From positions 66,216,001-66,280,000 of the forward strand of contig NC_043000.1 in assembly GCF_006345805.1 (NCBI RefSeq): a stretch of DNA of 64,000 bases, written 5' to 3'. The DNA is from Octopus sinensis. Lineage: Eukaryota. The notes below the pieces were generated by a model, which saw nothing but the letters and a program-made list of their open reading frames with translations, did no database searches and had not been told where the DNA came from. Within the stretch, counting starts at the first letter, position 1. Every line of letters starts with the position of its first letter. This document shows positions 1 through 10,695 of this stretch, piece by piece. The position numbers and the translations under genes were made by a program.

Positions 1-988
1 TCATTAGAAATCTAAATTAGAAGCATCTTTTGAGTAAGTAGTCAAAAGGAAGATGGCAAGAATAATTGAAAAGTTGGTCCTTGAGTTACAGAAGCATTTA
101 CAGTTTGAGAATAGGACAGGAATATGACCAAGTAGCAACATAACAGTCATGTATAAAAACAATATGATAGGCAGGTTACTGCTGATCTGTTTTTAACAAA
201 GGTAACCATACAAAGGGATTGAAATTGCAATAATTTAAGCTAAAACAGTTAACACTTATATATCACTCACAATACCTTTTGCATATTTTGTTACAACAAA
301 ACTGTTTTTACAAGACCTAACTGCAGCTTGAAGGGGAATTTAAACATTATCGTCATGAATATTGAACAATTGAACATAAAGACCTAGTCTTATGTGAGGC
401 AAGAGTAATAAAATAATATTCAGTAAACAAATTACTGGTGTGTGAATAAGTGTTGTGTGTTTCAGGGAATGCCATGATATTTTACTGAATGACACACTTC
501 ATTGCAAATAAATTTTCATTGAAACAAGCTTTTTATTGAGATGATTTTTCATCAAATAACTTTTTATAGAAATAGCTTTATGATTCTTTTATTGAAGGAA
601 TTTTATAAAACTACTGTTTTGTAAAATATTTTTTATCTATAAAATAATTTTTAATATAAATAAAGTACTATAGATCTTAAAAATAGACAAATTATTTAAT
701 ATAGGACAAAAATAAAATTTCCATTCAAAACTCTTCTTAAATTCTATATAATTTATTAAAAAAAACCCCCAGTCAACTTTAAAATTAGTATAAGGAAGGT
801 AAGAGTGTATATATGTACATATGTGAAAAAGTGTGTGGATGTTTTATTCATTAATTTAAGGTAGAATTATCAAAGCTTAATTGTTCTCCATATCATATGA
901 CTAATTTTCAACCAATCAGTGATGAAACAACTTTTGATTGGTTGCAACCAAATGTCCTAGAAATAGAATTATTTTACATTATATATAT

Positions 989-1206
989 TTAATTCTTTAG
1001 CATTTACACCAGCCATATCTGGCCAAAATAATCTACCTATATTATCTTCAAACTGGCCAGATCTGGCCTTCCACACTTACTGTCAATATTATTCTAAAAA
1101 TAAATAGTCACATTATTGAAATCCCAAAGCTACAAGGTTAAATATGGCTAAAATCATATCAATGTGAATTACATTTGACAGAGAAATCTGAAGGCTAAAG
1201 GGTTAA
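989..1206. mobile_element. piggyBac-like MITE (TTAA-CCCTTTAGCATT termini), about 220 bp
   Basis: Terminal inverted repeats ending CTAAAGGGTTAA; homologous copies at about 7182, 7590, 8518, 17939 and 33048. Confidence 0.7.
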
Positions 1207-2214
1207 AAAAATATATGCCATCTGTAGCACTTATTTTATATTTCAAATAGTTCCATAGATAAAATTATCCTACAAAATAATACATTTACAAAAATACTGA
1301 ATGAAGTCATTTTGAGGTTTGATAAACAGTAATTTCAATAAGAAGTCAGTCAATGAAATGTTTGATAAAAGTAATGCCATGATTTCAAAGCTATACTGTA
1401 CTACAGAATATAAATGTAGATTTTTAGCCAACACCATGTATATAAAATACATCTTTATATATATATCCTTGTGGATATTTACATCAGTCTATGTATATAT
1501 ATATATAGTGTTGGTTAAAAATCTGTAGATGTATTCTGTACAACACAGAAATAAAACACAGTCAACACAGTAATAATTCATAAATCCAATTAACTATCAA
1601 CAATGTGTTACATATCCACATTGGTCAATCCAATTTATTTAAATTTCAGTAACTGTGGGTCTATAAGCCGTGTGTCTATGGTCAGTTAGAAAGGATATTC
1701 AGTTATTCATGATACCCAATATAAGATTGAAACTAATCTAGATGAACCTCTTTTTTCTTCACTAAGATACAGTGTATAAAGGAAAGGTATTTACACCGGC
1801 GTCTATAAAATGTTAGCTAAAAAATCTATAAAAGTATTATGTAGTACAGTACATCAATAAAGAAAATTTAGATCAAAATTGCAATTTTTTTTCTGTAGTT
1901 AAGCAAAGCTGAATAATATCCTTCCTCTATTTAACATCACTTTAGTTGTGATAAATACCAATATTAGCAGATTAATCTGCTTCATAAAAAATGAGATAAT
2001 TTTAATTGGATTAAAGGGAATAATTGCTGGATGTAATTCCTAATTCGTGGACTATATTTGTTTCAATTTTTCCAGAAGCTTTAATTTACAAAAAACAAAA
2101 ATGTTTCATTTTTCTAAATGCATTTATGTAATAGCTTTGGGAGCTACTGAATTTTGTCAAACAATCTTATTTTAGAATTCAGAACAAAATATATTTGGAA
2201 TTATAATTTTAAAT

Positions 2215-2451
2215 CAGTGGTTCTCAACTATGTTTTACCTACAGACCCCTGTGATTCCTATTTTACTCTACTGGACCTCCATAGCTATTTGATGTATAAA
2301 TAAAAAAAATCCAACTGTATTTTTATAATTAAATATACTTAGGAATTGTATAAAAATTTTAAAATATTTTGTGTATTGTAGCAGTATAAACAGTTTATAT
2401 TGTGGATAAATTTTAACAAAATCTTATACGGATCCCAGTTGAGAACCAGTG
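2215..2451. mobile_element. hAT-type MITE
   Basis: TIRs CAGTGGTTCTCAAC / GTTGAGAACCAGTG; perfect 8-bp TSD TTTTAAAT (2207-2214, 2452-2459). Confidence 0.85.
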
Positions 2452-2976
2452 TTTTAAATTAACCAAAATTCACTGAAAGCTTTAAGACATGATCTCTCTC
2501 TCTCATGTCATGGCATATTTATGCCTTTGATGAATCATGACAGATGATGCCAACATTTAAAGTTTTGATTCAACAAACAGCATAAAGACCAATTTTTCAA
2601 AAACTATATATAAAAAAAAACATCATTGTGTAAGTATGAATCTAGAGGTAAATATTTAAATAAAATATCTTTTCCTGTGAATATTAATTTTCAATCATGC
2701 ATATATTATTGATTTGCTGAAAGATTCTATAAACAAACTGACAGAACTCCTCTACTGACAAATGGTTTCACAACCAAGATTTCCTTGAATATATATATAT
2801 ATATAATATACAATCGTCAATTTCCCTTTGAGTCTAATGCCATCTTGTTACCTTTGTTAAACAAATCAAAATGAATAAAAGTACATTTGATATACTATTA
2901 CATTTTAAATGACAGGTATCCATCTGACAGCAAGCCATAAACAACATGTGTCACTATGCCTGCAAAGGACTTTCTG

Positions 2977-2992
2977 CTAGATATAATGAAAC
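2977..2992 (-). CDS. COPS7: probable COPS7 terminal coding exon (G-FHYI-stop) followed by 3' UTR
   Basis: Strongest nearby acceptor (CACTTCCCTCTTTCCTTTACAG|G) in the required phase 2; no homology support for the 4 residues. Confidence 0.5.
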
Positions 2993-5900
2993 CTGTAAAG
3001 GAAAGAGGGAAGTGATGGAGTGACCAGCAATCATATAGCAACCCTTCTAAATTCTGATGTTCCTGTCCATTGGATTTAGTATCAACAGAAAAGAGTATAA
3101 ATAATAGGTAATGCTACCAGACAGTAGAAATTTATTAATTTGGATCAAAACAAAGCAGCTATATGAAATAGTGATGACCTAGTAAAGGAATAGACATAAC
3201 AAAATGAATCTACAATAGGAAACTTGCATTAACATATAATGTTCAATCCATGTTTTCAAACAGAATTACACTAATGAACGTTATTTCATTATCAAAAAAA
3301 AAATTTAAACAAAATGTTTTTCTAATACCATTTGTAATAAAATCATAAATTTAAAAAAAGACGTCAAAATACAATAAGAGTGAAATAATATCACAATTAT
3401 ATTTGATAAAATGTCATTATTTCATGTTGAGAATAAAAAATATATAAACATTTTGAATAGTGTTGAAATCTATAGAACATATATCAAAGTGAAGTATGAA
3501 ATATAATATAACAACATACCCTTTAATTTTTGTTAACTTTTTCCCTCCCTTCTCCCCTGATACAGGAACTTCCCGTGAATCAGTGACCATCTGCTCATCA
3601 AGATCTTGTTGAGTACTTTTTAGAGATTTTTTAACATTTGCAACCTGAAAATGAAGCAAAAACTTTTAGCAAATGAAAACAAATACTGTTTTAACATTGA
3701 ATAATGCTTTGAATGATACAGAAATGATTTTTTTTCAAATTTTGTTTAATTATCATCAATGATTATCTTTCAAATAATTTCCAACATCCATAATCAATTA
3801 ATTTGTTCCTTAGTATGATTCTCACAACAGAATTGAGTTCCTAAGACCAAGGTGCCACCATAAAAAGCATTGGTGTAGGTGCTGGTGTCATGTAAAAGGA
3901 ACTGATGCTGGTGCCTCATAAAAAGGCACTGGTGATGGTACCATGTAAAAAGTATCCAGTACACTGTATAATGGTTGGCATTAGGAAGGGCATCCAACTG
4001 TAGAAACCAAACCAAAATCGACAATAGAACCTTGTGCAACTCCTGGCCTTGCCAGTTCCTGTCAACATGGACAACAGATGTTTGATGATAAATGATGATG
4101 ATTATGAAAAAATAAAAAGAGATTTTGTTACATTGGTTATAAACTGATAGATAGGAGTAAATAGTTTGTAGAAAATGTAAATTCCATGTACAAAGCAGTT
4201 GATAATTTATATGTGACAGCTTATCAGAAGTTATATTCTTTTGCAGGAACATACTAATTTAAATGAAATAACTGCAATGAAGGGGATATAGTGATAAAAG
4301 TTGTAGTGTATTGCTTACTGAAAGGAAAATTTTTTGGCAGGGGGATGGGATCAAGGAGCACAATACATTATACAGTAAATACAAAGGCCCTGTTAACTGG
4401 ATTTTCATTTTGAGTGGGAAAAAGTTTTTAGATAACTAACAATTATCTACTTAGTGAATTTGTGGGAAAAATATACATAAAATATGAATGCCTAAAACGT
4501 CAATAAATAGCTTCTCACTAACTTCATTTTCAATTTGGAGTTTTGTCTTTAATTTCTTCTCCTTAAGTTTATTGGCTTTGACTATTTGTGTTTCAATTCC
4601 CTTCAGCACAGCATCACAACTGTTACACCTGTAAATAAAATAGAAGCACACATAAAAAAATGACTTAAAAGTTAAATGGTTACAGACATAAGATTACAAA
4701 TGGTGAGAAAGCTGGGAAGAAATACCGATGTAAAGATAATATTTGCATCCCTTTTGCAGAACGGAAGTTAATTCTAGTGTATGATCAATAATAAAGAAAT
4801 CTTATGTGAATCAAGAATTGTTATTACAATTTAGATCAAAATAAAAATAATTGGAATCAATAACTTTTTAATAAACTACTTATTAATAATGTTTTATTTA
4901 AAAACTTCAGTTTTTTAAAAATCTTAGTAAAGATAGGTTTCAAAATTAAATTTCTATTTTATAAAAGCTTGCACTGAATGGTGGCTGACAATATGTGCAT
5001 CTCTGATCATGAGCGGAAGTTGTGGGGAGTATCATAGCCACATATTAAAAGGGATTCTTTGGGGGTTTGAATAAATATTGTAACAAAAGCAAAGTTTGAA
5101 GAAAATATTAGCCATTTTTTGTACTTTCTAGGGATAACCAAACAGAAAATAACAGTTGTACCCAAGGACAAAAATCATGTTACACATGTGTAACTTAAGT
5201 GGATCTTTGAACTCATAGTAAATGACAAAGTATTTCATCCCTCTTTTACTCTACGTATACAGGGTTTTATCTGAATCATGCAATCACAAATATAAGGGAA
5301 CACTTCAAAATTAAATGGCTTTTCTATCTCAAACAAAAATTATAACTGAATTGTATTTGAGTAATACATATTTTATTGTACACTATTTGGTAATATGATG
5401 TTTACAAAATTAATATAATTGATAATAGCATACCATTCTTGTAAAACAGAAATAATTTCTGGAATAGCTTCTGAACGAATATCTCGCCCAATAGCATAAT
5501 CTACTTCAAGTTGTTTATTTTTTTGATCTAACTTCCCTTTGATGATGCCAGCATAAATAGCTTCAATAATTAAGTCCTGAAATTAAAGAAATACATTATT
5601 AAAAAATACTTAGGAAATCTTAAAATCGATATGAACATGACAAAAATGAAAAACTGAATATTTTAAAATCATCATCACTATCCTCATCATTTAACATCCA
5701 TGTTTCATGCTGGCATAGGTTGGGTGATTTGACAGATTCCAAAGGGCCCAAGGACTGTATCATGCTCCAGTATTTGCTTTAGTATGGTTTCTACAGCTAG
5801 ATGCTCTTCCTAATGCCAACCCTTTTACTATTTTCATGCCACTTGCAAGACTACAAATCCCGAGGGAGAGCTTTAAAGTATGAGAGAAGAACTAGTTCAG

Positions 5901-8900
5901 GGCATGTTTCTTGTTGTAGAAAAGATACATGACTACACAAATTTTAGAAAAGGAGGAAGTGAATGGGTAGAAAGGGATAAAAATAGTGGTGATGAGGTGT
6001 CAGGGTAGACACTCAAGGCACGAAGTGGGTAGAAGTGAGTGGGATAAAGAGACTGGGACTCAGGGCGGGTAAAAGTTGTAAGAGAGTATGGGGGAGTGAG
6101 AGATGGGGAATGTGATGGTAGGGAAGGTAGGTGACCACTGTAAAAACTGGGAAAGTTTGAAGGGCAGATGTAGTGAATGACACATGAGTTAAGGGGATGG
6201 GGAGGAAGGAGATGACTGACAAGTAGATCAGCAGAAAAGTAATGATAATGCAGTAGACAGGAGAAGATTGAGGGAGATGAGAAGTGGTTTCATAGGTTGC
6301 AGGAGAGAGGGGGGTGGGATTATTAATATAAAGTGTAGGTGGAGAGAACAGTATTAATGTATGAAGAATGGATAAGTGAAATAGTTCCAAGAAAAATAAA
6401 CAGCATCAAAGAAGAGCTGGAATTAGAGAGATCATGGGTATGGGGGTGTCATAAAACTTTGCCTTACATTTATAAACTTTGAGTTCAATTTCAGGAGAGT
6501 TTCGCATAAGGGTGTCTCCTCTATCTCAATTATTTCCTAATCTTTAAAAGCTACTACCAAAAAAAAATTCAGGATTAGTTGTCGATGAGGACATTTTGAT
6601 ATAGACAAGCTAGTATCAATTAGCCAAGGAATTATGGGGGAAAAAAACCTAAAACATGGGATAACCTAATTAAACTGAATCATGAATGATTTGGCCTTAT
6701 AATAATTGTGTTTACAGTATCCATCCAATCCAAGTTACTTTTATAATGCAACAGAAATGATTATACTGTATAATATTTAACAATGCAACAAAAAGAGGAT
6801 ATACATTATGAAAGAAATTTCATTAATTATGGAAGTCAGAGATAGTGAAAAAATACTTTTAAACTGGAAAATATAATATCCAAAAGCAGAGATGTAAAGG
6901 AACAAAATTATATTAATCTTACCTCCAAGTCTCTTAAATTAGGAAGATCTAATTCCTTAGATAACAGAGTATATGGAATGCACTGGAATATAATGAAAAT
7001 CAGTTAAAACATGTTACCCATAAATATAAATACATATATATATTAATAGTTTTTCTCTGCTGTCAATTAGCTACATTTGCTGAAATAATAAAGCCAAATG
7101 TAACCGGAAGTGATTGGGTGTATTATAAAAATTACTATGAAATTTAAATTTTAGCATGTAGTGTTTGAAAAATACATTTGTTTAAACCTTTAGCATTCAG
7201 ATTACTCTGTCAATTGTAATGCTTATTTACTCATATTGCTTTGAATTAATCATCCATTATCTCATAGCTTCAAGATTTTGATGAAGTAATTGTTTATTTT
7301 TAGAATGATAATGTAGGGTGGGTGCAAGAGGCCAGATCTGGCTGGTTTGAAAGCAAAAGTGGTAGAATATTTGGGTCAGATATGGCTAGTTAAATGCTAA
7401 AAGATGAAACCATAAATTTTCTTGATTCTAAGTTTAAAACAATTACACACAGAATTAGAGATACTTCACTGGAGGTTAAATTTGTTGAATTAATTAAAAG
7501 AAATTGTCTGAATATTTATTTGTTTAAAATAACCAGATGAAATATATGTAATTATTGAAAAGATTCCCTCATGATATATTTTAGCCATTAGCATTTAAAT
7601 TTCTGTTGAAGGTAATGCTTATTCATTCATATTCTTCTGAATTAATCGTGCATTATCTTGTAGCTTCAAAATTTTGAAGATGTGATCATTTACTTTTAGA
7701 ATGACATTTCAGGGTAGGTGTGAGAGGCTAGATTTGGCCAGTTTCACCATATAACATGGTAGAATATTTGGGCTAGATATGGCCAGTTTAAAGGCTGAAG
7801 AGTTACAGCTCTAACACAGCAGAGTTTGACATCAGACACTAACATTTCTCACAGACATCAAGCTGAAAATGAATAGTTCCTGAGAATTTTGACCAGTTTA
7901 TAATATCATAAGTAGCTAAGAACATAGAACATTATAATCATTTATAACCAATCATAATAAGTTTCAAATAGATAGTACATTAAGAATATATCTGATCTTG
8001 AGCCAATAAGGGACTCTCTACATGGTACATAGTCATTCACCCTACTAGAAATACTAAACAAATTGCCTTCAAATCACACCCTGCCATCTTCAATAAGTAC
8101 AGACACATTAATCAATGATGGTCATAGCTGGAATATGTTGGAACACAAGTATGCAGGACCAGGAATGACTTAGGTGAAACAAGATATTTTGGACTTTAAA
8201 GCAAGTTAGATTACTCTCTTAGATTAACTCTAACATAAAATAGATTACTCCACTTATGATACACACATACTACACAATTCTAAAATCTACAGGGAAAAAT
8301 TGACAAACATTGACTTACTTTCTGTTTAGTTGCTATAGATACCAGTGTAAGATGTCGTAATTTAAGCAATTGAAAATTTGTTATCTCTGGTAGTTTATCT
8401 TTTTGTTCTGTAAAAAAAAAAAAAAGAATTAACCAGTGGTAACAAGTAAAATAATTAATCCCTGTTACAATAAATCAGATGAGAGATTTAGTAGTTGGCA
8501 AAAAAAAATGCAATATTTTAACCCTTTAACATTCGGATTGTTCTGTGAAATATAATACATTGCTTTTAATTGTGCATTATCTTGTAACTTCAAGATTTTG
8601 ATGATGTGATTGTTTATTTTTAGAATGACACTGAAGGGTATATGTGAGAGGCCAAATCTGGTCAGTTTGAACATATACTAGGTTGAATATTTGAGCCAGA
8701 TACAAGCAGTTTAAATGGTATAGGGTGAAAATAAATAAGAAGGATGAATGTATGCTTATCCCCAACCATTTGATTCATTTACAATTTTATGTCTCATCAA
8801 ATTTGATTCATCATCATCATCAACATGAAACAACTGTAATCCATGCTGGCATGGGTTGTATGGTTTCACAGAAGCTAGCAAGGCCAAGAGCCACACCAGG

Positions 8901-10651
8901 TTCCATAGCCTGTTTTGGCATGGTTTCTAAAGCTGAATGCTCCACTTTCTAATGCCAACCACTTTACTGAATGTACTGGGTGCATTTTACATGGCAACAG
9001 CATGCAGCACTGATTTCTCAATGCACCAAGTCTGCATCATCTCCATCTTGCTGTAAAATGAATATACTATGTAAAATGCATAATTTTACTTTTTAATATT
9101 GCATGGATCAAAAATAAATGCCAGTTTGGTGCCTTGTGTGAACACTGCCAAATGAAAGGAGTTCAAAAGAACAACCATACTACGCTGTCTATTGCACACA
9201 CTAACAAGGGACATGTTCAGATCTTAGGCAGAGGAGTCCATTTGTAAAATATATTGCAGTCTCCATGCAATGCTGATACAACCAACAATAAGCCTGCAAC
9301 TTTTTCTGGGAGGTACAGAGTGAAAGCATAAAGGATGTGTGTCCCAGGACTCCAAAGTGAAATGTCACAACCCTTATGGGTAAAGAGGAGGAATTAACAG
9401 AGGTGGCCAAATGCTACTGGCTAGACATTAGACAGTGACTCCTCTACAAGGTTCTGTTGCTCTGGTATCAATTTTAATATTTCAAAACTCAAAATATCAT
9501 CTGAAAGTAGTAAAGGATTGGAAAAAAATGCCTTTCTACTGACTCATTACATTCTGAGTTCAAATTCCACCAAGGTTAACTTTGCCATTCTGCTTTTTGA
9601 GGTTGATAAAATAATGCTAGTCTTGTGCAAAAATTTGAAACTATTTCAAAACTCAAAACAAATTAGTTTATTATGATCCATTTTATTGAGAGTTTTAGAT
9701 ATTTATATAGTTTTTTTACCAGCCACAAATTATGAAAAAGAAAACAATTTTTTTCACTTCAGTAAAAAGTGTCTCTAAGTGATCTCTTGAGTTGCTAAAA
9801 ATAGCAGCTAAATTCTCTCCAACCACACTTCACTGGCTTAAAAAAAATGAAGGATACATTACATAATGTATTTCTAGATATACAAAAGTAAAATAGGATA
9901 GTCAGGTGAGAAACCTTTGATCATAGGTCTACTCAAATAGGGTTCATCAGGGACTAAACAAGTTTAATTTAATATTCCTAAATAAAGATTGTTTTCTTAA
10001 ATGTTTAATGAAATTTTTTGAATATTAACAGTATAATTAACTGTTATTATCTCCAGGCTTATAGCAGCATATAATGTTGGAAGTGTCAACATTAATGAAA
10101 TGTTTTAATTTACGAAACCACAGAAGATTGTAACAAAAACATAGCCAGAAATGGTTAGAAAGCATTATTTTAAAGGACTACTAAATTGGCATCTAATTAA
10201 AAAAAGACAAAAAAAAAAGCAACTGCAAATTAAACTGGTTCTGATGTTGTGGTCATGAAATAGGAAAAGAGATAAAGCACAAATAGATTTTAACTGATTT
10301 TGCTTTCACATACAGTTAAAAGCAGTTTTACAGATAGATTATGTTTATATTTAACCCTTTTACTATGGAAAGCAGATGTATCCACTCAAAATTTCATTAT
10401 CCTACCCTTAATTGCACAAAGTAGTTTTAAATCTTTTACTGTTTTATTTTTTACTAGTTTCAATTATTAGACTGTGGCCATTCTAGGGAACCGCCTTGAA
10501 AAATTTTTAATTGAATTGAATCAACCCCAAGACTAATTTTTTTAAAGCCTGGTACTTATTGTTCTCTTTTGATGAACCACTAAGTTATGGGGACATAAAC
10601 ACACCAACACTAGTTGCCAAGTAGAGGTGCAGGACAAACACAGACACAAAG

Positions 10652-10695
<44 letters not shown>

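Noticed and set aside
6013-6390. 125-aa Pro/Leu/Ser/Thr ORF
   Set aside because: Low-complexity pyrimidine-rich repeat sequence inside a COPS7 intron.
7102-7118. ETS + CCAAT motif pair (CCGGAAGTGATTGG) in a COPS7 intron
   Set aside because: Isolated short motifs with no CpG enrichment or other promoter evidence.
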